From Antedon mediterranea (lineage: Eukaryota > Animalia > Echinodermata): a stretch of 64,000 nt of DNA. Within the stretch, counting starts at the first letter, position 1. The number at the start of each line of letters is the position of its first letter. The notes under the pieces were generated by a model that did not search any database, was not told the DNA's origin, and saw nothing but the letters and a program-made list of their open reading frames with translations. Below, piece by piece: positions 26,359-41,300 of the stretch. Position numbers and translations under genes: made by a program. The DNA lies in assembly GCF_964355755.1 (NCBI RefSeq), contig NC_092672.1:14756001-14820000 (forward strand). The letters are read 5' to 3'.

Positions 26359-29300
26359 CAACAGTAGAATACTAAACATTAGAACTCTCATTCAAAACCA
26401 GATGCCTAAAAAATGTGCAAGAACTTGAAAACTATCTTCTATTTCCCATAGCAACATTTCTTATTTTCAATAGATTTCGATAAACACCCTTAGTAGTTTT
26501 AGCTAGACTGCCTACTTTTTCATAGATTTGTGATAGATTTGTAGTACTTTTAGGTTTTTTTCTCATTCAACTATAAAATTTACTATTAGTATATCTATCA
26601 ATCATCTATTAAATAACTATATTTAGAGCGATATATACTAATTTATTTTGATTAATTAGTGGGAACAATTATACAAGAAGTGGAATTGTGGATAAAAACA
26701 GAATTAGCCTAAATCAGTTTCATTGCCTGGCAATTTTGCATATCGCTATTCTGCCTTAACACTATTAGGCCTAGGAAGTTACAGTCATTGACATAATACT
26801 ATACTGTACTATAAAACAAATAATAAATGTTTTGTATTCGTGCAATGGTACAAATGATTTCGTTCGGTAAAATGAATTTCATCTTCCACCTCATGAAATT
26901 AGTTGTATCATCACACTCAACTCATTATTTGTATAATATCTGCTATAAAAAAAATGGTATGGGTGTCAACCAACCTTTCCCATTTTTTACTGAATGGCTG
27001 AAATGTTCCTCAGTACTCTCTGAATTATTCCTAAACATGGCAAGTTTCTTCCAAGTTCTTAATGATTCTTTTCCAATCCAATAACCTTCAAAGCTTTAAA
27101 CAAATTTATAGCATTTTTGTTTGCAGTATGTTAAGAGAATTACTGTTCATTAAATTATGTGGTAATTGCTATGTCATCCATTCATAGAAGCGCTGATGAA
27201 GAAAGCCTATGTGGTTGTGACTATAGAATGGTCCTGAGACAGTGACAATACCTCTGCTTTAGTTGATAGAATTTGTTAGAAATAGAGTATACAATGTTTG
27301 ATTAATAGTGAAATAGTTGGATGTAATGATCTTGTATTATGATAGATTGTCATTCGATGAATTAGATTTGCTAAATTTATTTTATATATCATTTGATTAT
27401 TTATACCATGGAGTTATTTCTCCATGTTTATACTTTATCAATAAAAATAAGAGTATATAAATATATGGAAGAAAGGCAAAGAGATATGGAACGTCTATTC
27501 CTGAATATACAATATTAAGTATCGTAAGTTTAAATTTATAAATTTTAGGCGATATTGTCTTCAGCCTGCCACGTTTCGATATTCAATATTGAACTGGACC
27601 TGATATGGTTCCACAATATTCTTATATGAAAATGGTAGAGTGCATAAATTAATTTAAAATTTACCTTTGAACTGAATCAGTTGATGTGTTATCGTTTATG
27701 ATTTGGTTTAGTTTAAAAGTATGTTCGAAAAGTGTGTATGCGAATAGAGTATGGATGTGTAAACAAGGTGTGTAGTAATGATGTTTATATCGTACTGTAT
27801 AATAGATAGAAAGAAAACATATTTAGGTATGATAGTAGAATATGAAAATGAAGTACTGTACATTTACCCATTGATAAATACATACAAAATGAAGTTTAAA
27901 GTGTACTACTGTTAATGAAATACCTACTGATCAATCTTAGTTTTTGTTACATCGTAAATTATCTTGCTGTCTTCTTTAAGTCTAGCTTCTAAACACATCT
28001 TACTACAAGTCCTCTTTACACAGGGAAGACACATATGTTGTTCGGTCAATCTAGGTCCTCCTCCATATTTAGAGTATATCAGATCGGCCTAAATTTGTGA
28101 AAGAACATACTACATAAAATTGTCCTATCCAGTAAAAAAAATGGTTAGGACATCTGCATATCAAGTAGAAGGTTCCAAGTTCAAGGTTTAGGTGGCATTT
28201 TCTCATTCTCACAGATTTCCTCATCTTTTTCTAAATAACTGAATTAATTTTCACTACATCACTGTGCAATTAACAATATTTCTATGCCTGAAATATGTGC
28301 ACTCTTTGTGTTCATAAACAGTGTACCATGTCCTGTATAGCTGGCTCATGCTATATATTGTGCCAGTACATATCTTTAAACCTGAGCTACACTGACGAAA
28401 TATAATAAGATCGAAACCGTACTGTTTATATACAGTATACATATTGGAGATATATAAACATCACAGGCACAGAACAAATTCTAAACTGCTCGGTGATATA
28501 GTAAAAACTAATTAATTAATTTGAAACAATGAGGAAATGTGTGAGAGTGAGAAAAAGTAACCCCAACCTAGATTTTAACTTGGAGCCTTCTGCTTGCTAT
28601 AAAATATAAGGCTGTGGGTATCAGTGGCTGGATCTTATTTGAGATACAATTAAAACTAGTTTGTTTAATTTGTCACTATGTCGAATTATAGGTTATATGC
28701 ATTGATTTAAATAAAGATAATTGATTTTGTCATGATATTTAATTATTTTTAATATTGTATATGAAAGATAGGATCTTGGTAGCGCAAATACAATAGCCGG
28801 TATCACTGCACATCGAGTCACTTGAATAAAAATAACCAATCAATTGATATAATAAAATGATAATAATCTTCTGGATAGGTGGCCATACTGTACTGTGTAC
28901 TGTACAGTACAGTACTGTACTGTACTGTACTGTACAGTACTCTACTGGCATCCAAGCTGTAATAAACCATTTCATACAAAAGAAAGTGGATAGCTTTAAA
29001 AATAAAACCTTACAGCCTTTGTACTGATTCGCTTTGCAATATTCATCTTTTTTGGATCCAGGTTGCCATGATGGCACATCATCACAGAATTATCTGGGAT
29101 GGTGTTGAAAGTACCTTGATCTGCAAGCCATGCTTTAATCCAATCTCCATTAAACCACTCATACTTGTCATCTGTGAAAAAAACCACATTGAAGTAAAAT
29201 ATGTCCTTTAATCCATTTAACTATCCTCTTGTTGCTTTGTTTAAGTTGAATATACCAACTCGTACTCGTAGCAAGTGTTTGCTTCACGTTCCTTGTGGTC

Positions 29301-32300
29301 GTGTTGAATGCACAAAACGAGGTATTTTTCAGCGGTTACTAACACATTTAATAGGTTGCTTGTTACTTGTTTGGATATTGATTTATTGTATGATAGTTTA
29401 AATGTATTTAAAGGTAAAATTGTTAAATCTCTTTAATGTTCCGATCTTTGTTTATGTTATTGTCAAATGTATTATTATAGTTTATTATGTTTAGATTCAA
29501 CATGTTAGTGGCAGTTTCATCGCTGTTGGTTGTCAACTGAATAAAATAAATAAAAAATAATAAAATAATATTTACTGGCTATTGCTACATTGTTCATGCG
29601 AATCTTGCCTAGCTGGTAAACAATGGTAATGTATGAACATCGTATGCTAGCTATACTAGCCTGGCATTATCTCGTTGCTTAATTAATTGTCTTTCTTTTT
29701 TTTGGCAGAATTCGTTAATGCAAATTCGGTAGGGCGCTGCATATGTTGGGATGTAGATAATTTGTTGTGATGGTCACTCAAATCTAACCCTGGTAGGGTT
29801 TTCATGGTAAAAAATGTTATCAACTAAATACTAACATCATGCTATTTGGATATTTATTTATAAAAAGACTGCCAAATATACAGTTCGCGTTAACTACAAC
29901 TTATAATATACACATTTTTTTTTTGCAAATGAAATAAAAATTGTAAATCACCCTAAGCTGGATTTTAACCAGTTGGTTGGAAGCTAGATGTATAAGAGAC
30001 AAAAATACAAATGAAACACTCATTTTTTAGGGGAAATTTTTATGTAAGGAAATGATTATGATTTGAAGTACTGTAGTTTCCTTATTTATATTAGTGTGCA
30101 CTTACCAGTGATTGGAAATAATTCTATAATATGTTTGATTTCATTCTGTCTTGCTTTACCTGTTTCAACACTTGCATTCTACAAAGATAGAAATTGATTC
30201 TTTGAAATAACATTTGACAGAAAACCGATTCATGAATGAATGTGTCATAATTGTTTAATATAACAATTTGAAGCACATATTAGGCCTAAATACTTACCCT
30301 AATTTGGTTCATTTCTAGTATCCAATTATCAAACTTTTCATTGTCTTTCAAAACCATATCTTGCAAATGCTCAGGTATTTCAGGTTCCAATGAAACATTT
30401 CTATCAGGTTCAATACCAGGGCCTGAGAAAATAAAATCACCATCTATAACATCAACTGTAACATATCTCTAGGAAAAATTAACAAATACCAATACTCTGG
30501 GCCACATACTGTGAAATTTCTATATATATCTTGAAAATGTTTAAGTTAAGTTGCTCCTGTGTAAAAATACACTGTACCATGCTTCATGCAAAAGAGAGAA
30601 CACACAACTTTCAGCCAAATTAGCCACAGTAAATGATGAACACATGTTTAATTGTTTAGTTCATTCTCTGTTCCTGATATCCTTGTCGCCTTTATTGTTT
30701 GCAACAGTGGGTTGATGATCTAGCAGAAGCAGTAAAGAAAGATACTTTGTGAAATCTGTTATATGCAGATGACCTGGTGGTGGCTGTGTCCATTTTTCAG
30801 CTAGAGCAGGTGGAAAGAGGACTTTGAAAAGGAAAGGCCTGAAAGTTAACATGGCAAAGACGAAAAGTGCTGAAGGCCAGTGGAGATACACATGTGTTAG
30901 AAGGGGCCAAAGTGTGGTCACTTTATGTAGGAATTTCATTAAGTACAGGTTTTGCATGGAGTCAAGAAAGTTTCCAGTGAAATAGTGTATAATTTTATTT
31001 GCACAAAATGTATTAAGAAAGACAAAAGAGATGAATTTAAAGACCATGAAATTGATAGAGGAGATTGGGAGAGTGGATCATTTTTGTTATCTTGGCAATA
31101 CACAGTGGAGGAGGTTGTGAAGTTGCAGTCGCAAGCACTATTACCACTTTCTGCTTATATGTATGTTGAGTTTCAACAGATTTGTTTTTATTAAATTGTG
31201 GGAATATTATCTTAAATCACAAAGATCAACCTATAATTCATTGAAGTAATGATTGTTATTGTGTGATGTTAGTTAGTGTGTGTTTTGTTTTTTTTGCGGA
31301 TTCCCCATATGTAACCAGAGCATGATTAGTAAAATATGTTCACATGGTACAGTTTGAACATTTGCATCAACTAAATCACTCACTTGATGTTGATGTTTAT
31401 ATTAAAGTACCAATATCAAACAGTTATTTTTCAGACACACATGGTTATAAAGAAATATTGATATGTTCATCGAATTTATTATCCTAAATATGTAAAGAAA
31501 TTGTAGATCTCTGCCATTGGAAACGTTAGAATTTACTGCTTGGCCTACAATACAATATATAATTCCTTTAAATTATTGTCCAAGAAAATGGAAATTCCAG
31601 GTACATTGGAATCATGGCTGCCACAGAAAAAACATTAAATTATAAATGATGTCAACATTACCATAACAATATTTCTATTTTAATCTTACAACGATACTGT
31701 ATTAAAAAAAATCAATATTTAAAATTTTACCTTTTTTTTGTCCGAGTTCCTTCCTCTTGTAAACCAACATGTAGGCATTTCTTGAAGCATAGTTGCCTTT
31801 AGGAAGACGTGGTTTTTTTGGTTGACTCATACCAGCACCTAGAAAATTTTGAATCATACATGGTGTCTTACTTTCTGGATTTTGTTGTTTTGGCCTAATT
31901 TTTGGTGTAGGTCCTCAAATTTACATTTCATTTCATAGTGCTACAAAAAGCATTTATGAAAAACAAATGAAACAGAAGGAATTGCATCATGAGTCTCGAT
32001 AAAAAGAAAGTTGAAATGTTTAATCATACATGGTGTTTTACTTTCTGGATTTTGTTGTTTTGCCTTATTTTTATTTCATAGTGCTACAGTCCACCCTTTC
32101 CTGAAGTGCCCTTTTAAATTTGATTAGGCCTAGATAGCCCATATGACGATTTGTTTGGCTATTCTGTATAGCCAGCCATCAAATTTCTTTTACTACTACT
32201 AGACCAGGCCAAGATCGTCTCCTAAAATAGCTTTCCAACACTGACCGTCACTGAGAGTAGACGTGTTCACCACTGCTCCTGTGGTTGTTTTTTTTTTACT

Positions 32301-35300
32301 GTGGTGTCTGTGGATGTGTCAGTCTGTTATAATTTTCTTGGATTTGTTCTTATAAGCCTGTAGTTGAATTTGTCATTATCAGTCGTCGTTACGATATATT
32401 TATTTTTTATATATTTATTTGGGGATGAAACGGCTAACCTGACAAAATACGTTCTATACGACAAAATATACGACTACCAAAGCAGGTATTGATTGATTTA
32501 CCTAAAGCAATACGCAAAAGCCTATAGGCCTAGAGAGGAAAAGGGGGAAAGCTGCAGGTGTGAGAAAAAGGCTCCGGTCACGTAAGTCCAAACCATTTAT
32601 TCCTTCCATAATTATGGGGAATGTACAGTCTATATCAAACAAATGGACGAATTACATGGATTTACAGAATACATGCTTCAGATCAGCCAGTATTATGGCT
32701 TTTACTTGGACATGGCTTGGTAAAAAACACAACAATGAGCATGTTAATATTGATGGCTTTAAGTTAGTAAGAGGTGATAGAACACATGAAAAACATGGCG
32801 GCGGAGGTGCTTGTCTATATGTAAATGAGAAATACTGCCACCCAAATAATGTACATAGCAAATACCACAGATGTACAACAAATAAAATGCCGAGATTCTC
32901 GTTGTTAGCATTTGTCCTTTCTACATTCCGCACGAGTTTTCGCATGTTATTGTTGTTACGGTCTATATACCTCACAGGAATAAGGCAAAGCAGGCAGCGA
33001 ATGAAATAAGTGAACTAATACATAATATTGAAAGTCAATCAGCTGACGCATTCATTGCTATCAATAGTGACTTTAATCACTGCACACTTAAGAAAAGCAG
33101 CGTACATGAAAAATGAAGATTAAGAAAGGTTGAAAAACAAATCGTTCATGCCCAATATATTTTTATTCAGAAAATTATCTTTCAAAATTGTCATCTTTAT
33201 GTTTGATTTTGAAAAATTAGAATATATAGAATTATATATGTATAGTACATACAAATTGAAATAATATTTATGCTTTTTCCACATTTTCATGTATTTTAAG
33301 CCTTGTCTACACTATCAACTAGTTTGACAAAAAAACTGTGATGTGCCCAAATAATTATTATTATAATTATGGATTGCATTTTTTCATGTATGACTCAATT
33401 TCTTGTCCGGTACTTATAAGAAGAATGAGTAATCGATGATTTTGTGTAGGGGCTGCATGCTATCGAACTGTAGCTATCAAACTAGAGGGTTTTATGAAAT
33501 AAAAACTACATGTTTAATGTTTTTTGTATATATATTCTTTATTTTAAGCAAATTTTTTAAAAGTAAAACACTGCAGAGTTTGTTACCAGGGGCGCTATAA
33601 TGGAAGCTGTTATTGATGCGACGTAGTGGAAGAAAGTCTAACAATATTTCAATATTTTACTTGTTTATTTATGAGAATGTCTATTATTTTACAACAAAAA
33701 CTATTAAAAATTAAAAAATAAAATAAACAGTTTACTATTTACCGTGTAAATCATCTTCTGTCCCCAATTTCAGCTTCTTTCCCTCAATTCTGTCAATTTG
33801 TTCATCATTATATTTAAACCAGAATCCACTTTTGTCATCTCGTATGTGGGCAATGTAATGACCTGAATAGGCAGATGGTCCACGGTGAATAAGAACTGCC
33901 TTCAACTCATATTCACAAACTACATCTAGGAAAAAAAAGCAAATCTCAAGATGAATAGCCAAAATCAAATCAACAAATCACATGGAATCTCACTTAAGAT
34001 CTGATTGAAAAAAAGGAGTTCAACAATGTCAGTATGCCTATCAACATGGTCATTAAGGAGTAAGTGAGTAGGGTTAGGGAGACTTCTACAAAGCAAATGT
34101 CATTTTTGCGGGTTTAATCTAATTTCATTAGACCAAGAAACAGTGGTATCGGACAACACATCATTATATTTAACACAATGCAGTCAATCAGATAAAAACT
34201 CTACATTCCATGCAGTACAGAAAGTGGGCAACACCCATTTCAAATAATCTATTAATAGCTATTGAGGGATGAGTAATTGATTTTGATTTAGTAGCTTTTA
34301 AATGTAAAGTGTTCAAAAATTAAACAAGACAGTGCGAAATACCACATTGATTTCCAAAATTAATTGACATCAAGCTTAGGCTTCATTGAAACAACTGCCT
34401 CATTGACATCAAGCTTAGGCTTTATTGAAACAACTGCCTCATTGACATCAAGCTTAGGCTTCATTGAAACAACTGCCTCATTGACATCAAGCTTTAGGCT
34501 TCATTGAAACAACTGCCTCACTGACATCAAGCTTAGGCTTCATTGAAACAACTGCCTCATTGACATCAAGCTTAGGCTTCATTGAAACAACTGCCTCATT
34601 GACATCAAGCTTAGCTTCATTGAAACAACTGCCTCATTGACATCAAGCTTAGGCTTCATTGAAACAACTGCATCATTGACATCAAGCTTAGGCTTCATTG
34701 AAACAACTGCCTCACTGACATCAAGCTTAGGCTTCATTGAAACAACTGCCTCATTGACATCAAGCTTAGGCTTCATTGAAACAACTGCCTCGTTGACATC
34801 AAGCATAGGCTTCATTGAAACAACTGCCTCATTGACATCAAGCTTAGGCTTCATTGAAACAACTGCCTCATTGACATCAAGCTTAGGCTTCATTGAAACA
34901 ACTGCCTCATTGACATCAAGCTTAGCTTCATTGAAACAACTGCCTCATTGACATCAAGCTTAGGCTTCATTGAAACAACTGCCTCATTGACATCAAGCTT
35001 AGGCTTCATTGAAACAACTGCCTCATTGACATCAAGCTTAGGCTTCATTGAAACAACTGCCTCATTGACATCAAGCTTAGGCTTCATTGAAACAACTGCC
35101 TCATTGACATCAAGCTTAGGTTTCATTGAAACAACTGCATCATTGACATCAAGCTTAGGCTTCATTGAAACAACTGCCTCATTGGTTATGAAACGTTCCA
35201 CAACTTTTGCAAAGTGATCCGTTATCGCAATTGGATGTAAGTTGCCAAATGTTACAGGACGATTCATCACTTTCGGGATCAGAACATGGGTTGTTTTCAA

Positions 35301-38300
35301 TTCGATGGGGACTACATGTTCACGATTGGAATCATTGATAACATGTGGCAACAGAGTCCGTCCGGACCTCGAGTAGTACGAAAATTTCAAATACTTCCCA
35401 AGTTTGAACGTGCTGCAATGGCATTAATGGAAAAAACGAGGATAATCAATGATTTATAAGGATGAAGTGGTTCAAAATGCAAACCAATTGAACTCAGATG
35501 TTGATTAACAGTATTTCCAATCGATTTAGCATCTATGGTGTCACTATTTGGAAGAGCAATGATGCTCTGATGGGATTTCCCAGATAATGACGTAATGTGA
35601 AGATACCATTCACAGGTGCTGCCTTCACGAATGTACTTCTCATAATATTTGTTTTTGTCAGCCCGAATTTGATAGTTAAATTTTATTTCAGACATTTTTT
35701 ATAAGTGATTTTATTACCCACTGCTTATCAGTTGGATGTCATTTTTTATCTGAAAGAAACTGTAATTTAACAAAACAAAGTGTCAAAGTGACTGGAAGTC
35801 AATGGGTTTTTGGTTGCATTAACCATTTATTTTTATAAGTGAAAACACTATATTATTTATAATTTTTTCCTACGGAAGTGATTAACTTGATTAAAACTGT
35901 AAATGAAATGAATGAATGAATGTGCTGCTTGCACAGCATTTATTATCAAATATATATAAAATATTTAAAATGTGTTGTTTGTACACAGACAAAGCTATAA
36001 AAAAACATCAAAAAACAAAATAATAATAATAATAATGGAAAGCACATCAAAAGATACAAAAAGCATACAGGCAAAAGAGAAAATTCCAATAACAACAAAT
36101 TGTCATGTCGTCTACAATGAGACACAGTTTATAGTTATACTAATCTTATCTAGATGTTTTGCTGTTATATAGAGTTAGAGGCTAATGATGGAAGAAATTC
36201 GTATTCTAAAAATAAGGGATGAGACAGTTGTGCGAGTATAAGCTCCACCATTTTAAGGATCGTGATGTTTTTTCCAAAATTAAAGAAGCCGAATCTAGTA
36301 GGCTGCTATCATCGTGTCCAGGAAGCGACACCTGTAATGACTTATTATTTAAATTAGTAACTGTTTTAATATCTTTCCATGTTTATCAGGAATTTTTTTG
36401 TGGAAATGTGTTTCAATTCTTTTTAAATCTTTTTTTGCCTTTTTTAATACTTGTTTTAAGTTTACGTTTAGCTATTTTCAGTTTAGAGACATCATTATTA
36501 AGATAAGCCAATCTATTATTTCTAATGGCAGCGTTTACACCCTAATCAATCCAGGGTTTGTCATTAGAAAAAAGTTTAACTTGTTTTGTTGGGATAGTTA
36601 GGCTTTAAGTTATATATGCGGAAACAGTCACAGTTAATTCATCAATATCACTTGTCAATTCCGTGAAAACCTCCCAATTAGTTGCATCAAGACAGTCCTT
36701 CAACCGCTTGATATGCTCGGGATACCCCAACTTTACGTGTTTAACTTGAGGTTGGCAAGATTTTAATTTTTTTTTTCTGTAGAAATTTGCTTTAAACTTT
36801 ATTCAATATTTCCAACAGAATATGTACATTTTACAAATGGTGGAATGTTTTCCAAATATGTGTTTACAAAATAAAACAGACCTAAAACATATATTTTACA
36901 CTACTGTATAACTTAAAGAACATAATATAACTTAGAAATAATAAAAACATTCTGTTTTTGTTGTTGTGACTGCATGTATTTCAAACATTAATTTTACAGT
37001 GAGAGCTAATATTATGTGCGATGAATCTGCAAATTTGTATTTAAAATTGCTTGCTTTTAGAATTAAAACAAAATAGACACTGAAATATAAAGAAGAATAC
37101 AGTATGTCTATTAACTTTATCTTGATTCTAATATAAATGCTGTATAATGCACCTCTCAGCACTATACATCCATTTATAGATTTGTGTATATTGCATTGTA
37201 CTATATTACTATCTTATCTGAACCTTAAAATCATTATAAGATGGTGCCCGACCATTGGTCCGGTACCTGCTAGTTTACCTTTATTTGTGTATAAATTCAT
37301 TGAAAGGTTCAGAAATTCTGGAAATTGAATATAAGTATTCAATTTTTTCTTCATAGCAGTTTGTCTGTAATAAAAAGATAAAGTATTTAAACTTCATCAA
37401 GTTTAACTCCATAAATACAAATAGTAAAATGACAAATAATTTAATTTGAAAGTTCATTTTAAATAATTGTACTATCAATGTTTATGTAATTCAGTGAAAA
37501 CAGGTTTATAATTTTGAAAGTTATATATTTTTTTTGTGGGCTAATTATACATCTTTAGCAAAAACAAATTTGAAATAGATTTAGGTTATTTACGCTAATG
37601 CAAAGTAGTCAAAGTACTATATTATATAGAAATACTTGTTGGTCAAATTATGATTTGATATAAACCTGAACAATTTCGTATTGCCAATGCACTGGTGTAC
37701 ATAATAGCAGTATTGCCAATGGACTGGTGTACATAATAGCAGTATTGCCAATGGACTGGTGTACATAATAGCAGTATTGCCAATGGACTGGTGTACATAA
37801 TAGCAGTATTGCCAATGGACTGGTGTACATAATAGCAGTATTGCCAATGGACTGGTGTACATAATAGCAGTATTGCCAATGGACTGTTGTACATAATAGC
37901 AGTATTGCCAATGGACTGGTGTACATAATAGCAGTATTGCCAATGGACTGGTGTACATAATAGCAGTATTGCCAATGGACTGGTGTACATAATAGCAGTA
38001 TTGCCAATGGACTGGTGTACATAATAGCAGTATTGCCAATGGACTGGTGTACATAATAGCAGTATTGCCAATGGACTGGTGTACATAATAGCAGTATTGC
38101 CAATGGACTGGTGTACATAATAGCAGTATTGCCAATGGACTGGTGTACATAATAGCAGTATTGCCAATGGACTGGTGTACATAATAGCAGTATTGCCAAT
38201 GGACTGGTGTACATAATAGCAGTATTGCCAATGGACTGGTGTACATAATAGCAGTATTGCCAATGGACTGGTGTACATAATAGCAGTATTGCCAATGGAC

Positions 38301-41300
38301 TGGTGTACATAATAGCAGTATTGCCAATGGACTGGTGTACATAATAGCAGTATTGCCAATGGACTGGTGTACATAATAGCAGTATTGCCAATGGACTGGT
38401 GTACATAATAGCAGTATTGCCAATGGACTGGTGTACATAATAGCAGTATTGCCAATGGACTGGTGTACATAATAGCAGTATTGCCAATGGACTGGTGTAC
38501 ATAATAGCAGTATTGCCAATGGACTGGTGTACATAATAGCAGTATTGCCAATGGACTGGTGTACATAATAGCAGTATTGCCAATGGACTGGTGTACATAA
38601 TAGCAGTATTGCCAATGGACTGGTGTACATAATAGCAGTATTGCCAATGGACTGGTGTACATAATAGCAGTATTGCCAATGGACTGGTGTACATAATAGC
38701 AGTATTGCCAATGGACTGGTGTACATAATAGCAGTATTGCCAATGGACTGGTGTACATAATAGCAGTATTGCCAATGGACTGGTGTACATAATAGCAGTA
38801 TTGCCAATGGACTGGTGTACATAATAGCAGTATTGCCAATGGACTGGTGTACATAATAGCAGTATTGCCAATGGACTGGTGTACATAATAGCAGTATTGC
38901 CAATGGACTGGTGTAAATAATAGCAGTATTGCCAATGGACTGGTGTACATAATAGCAGTATTGCCAATGGACTGGTGTAAATAATAGCAGTATTGCCAAT
39001 GGACTGGTGTACATAATAGCAGTATTGCCAATGGACTGGTGTACATAATAGCAGTATTGCCAATGGACTGGTGTACATAATAGCAGTATTGCCAATGGAC
39101 TGGTGTACATAATAGCAGTATTGCCAATGGACTGGTGTACATAATAGCAGTATTGCCAATGGACTGGTGTACATAATAGCAGTATTGCCAATGGACTGGT
39201 GTACATAATAGCAGTATTGCCAATGGACTGGTGTACATAATAGCAGTATTGCCAATGGACTGGTGTACATAATAGCAGTATTGCCAATGGACTGGTGTAC
39301 ATAATAGCAGTATTGCCAATGGACTGGTGTACATAATAGCAGTATTGCCAATGGACTGGTGTACATAATAGCAGTATTGCCAATGGACTGGTGTACATAA
39401 TAGCAGTATTGCCAATGGACTGGTGTACATAATAGCAGTATTGCCAATGGACTGGTGTACATAATAGCAGTATTGCCAATGGACTGGTGTACATAATAGC
39501 AGTATTGCCAATGGACTGGTGTACATAATAGCAGTATTGCCAATGGACTGGTGTACATAATAGCAGTATTGCCAATGGACTGGTGTACATAATAGCAGTA
39601 TTGCCAATGGACTGGTGTACATAATAGCAGTATTGCCAATGGACTGGTGTACATAATAGCAGTATTGCCAATGGACTGGTGTACATAATAGCAGTATTGC
39701 CAATGGACTGGTGTACATAATAGCAGTATTGCCAATGGACTGGTGTACATAATAGCAGTATTGCCAATGGACTGGTGTACATAATAGCAGTATTGCCAAT
39801 GGACTGGTGTACATAATAGCAGTATTGCCAATGGACTGGTGTACATAATAGCAGTATTGCCAATGGACTGGTGTACATAATAGCAGTATTGCCAATGGAC
39901 TGGTGTAAATAATAGCAGTATTGCCAATGGACTGGTGTACATAATAGCAGTATTGCCAATGGACTGGTGTAAATAATAGCAGTATTGCCAATGGACTGGT
40001 GTACATAATAGCAGTATTGCCAATGGACTGGTGTACATAATAGCAGTATTGCCAATGGACTGGTGTACATAATAGCAGTATTGCCAATGGACTGGTGTAC
40101 ATAATAGCAGTATTGCCAATGGACTGGTGTAAATAATAGCAGTATTGCCAATGGACTGGTGTAAATAATAGCAGTATTGCCAATGGACTGGTGTACATAA
40201 TAGCAGTATTGCCAATGGACTGGTGTACATAATAGCAGTATTGCCAATGGACTGGTGTACATAATAGCAGTATTGCCAATGGACTGGTGTAAATAATAGC
40301 AGTATTGCCAATGGACTGGTGTAAATAATAGCAGTATTGCCAATGGACTGGTGTACATAATAGCAGTATTGCCAATGGACTGGTGTAAATAATAGCAGTA
40401 TTGCCAATGGACTGGTGTACATAATAGCAGTATTGCCAATGGACTGGTGTACATAATAGCAGTATTGCCAATGGACTGGTGTACATAATAGCAGTATTGC
40501 CAATGGACTGGTGTACATAATAGCAGTATTGCCAATGGACTGGTGTACATAATAGCAGTATTGCCAATGGACTGGTGTACATAATAGCAGTATTGCCAAT
40601 GGACTGGTGTACATAATAGCAGTATTGCCAATGGACTGGTGTACATAATAGCAGTATTGCCAATGGACTGGTGTACATAATAGCAGTATTGCCAATGGAC
40701 TGGTGTACATAATAGCAGTATTGCCAATGGACTGGTGTACATAATAGCAGTATTGCCAATGGACTGGTGTACATAATAGCAGTATTGCCAATGGACTGGT
40801 GTACATAATAGCAGTATTGCCAATGGACTGGTGTACATAATAGCAGTATTGCCAATGGACTGGTGTACATAATAGCAGTATTGCCAATGGACTGGTGTAC
40901 ATAATAGCAGTATTGCCAATGGACTGGTGTACATAATAGCAGTATTGCCAATGGACTGGTGTACATAATAGCAGTATTGCCAATGGACTGGTGTACATAA
41001 TAGCAGTATTGCCAATGGACTGGTGTACATAATAGCAGTATTGCCAATGGACTGGTGTACATAATAGCAGTATTGCCAATGGACTGGTGTACATAATAGC
41101 AGTATTGCCAATGGACTGGTGTACATAATAGCAGTATTGCCAATGGACTGGTGTACATAATAGCAGTATTGCCAATGGACTGGTGTACATAATAGCAGTA
41201 TTGCCAATGGACTGGTGTACATAATAGCAGTATTGCCAATGGACTGGTGTACATAATAGCAGTATTGCCAATGGACTGGTGTACATAATAGCAGTATTGC

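Noticed and set aside
31852-32088. Short direct duplication upstream of the exon-11 acceptor
   Set aside because: It does not include the AG or exon sequence; an ordinary local duplication.
34579-35217. [13 protein letters not shown] / [13 protein letters not shown] repeat ORFs
   Set aside because: 39-bp minisatellite with frameshifting variant units.
37279-37320. Possible frameshift at the end of exon 9 (alternative frame NEFIHK)
   Set aside because: That frame hits TAA before the donor; the annotated frame is open and phase-compatible with exon 10.
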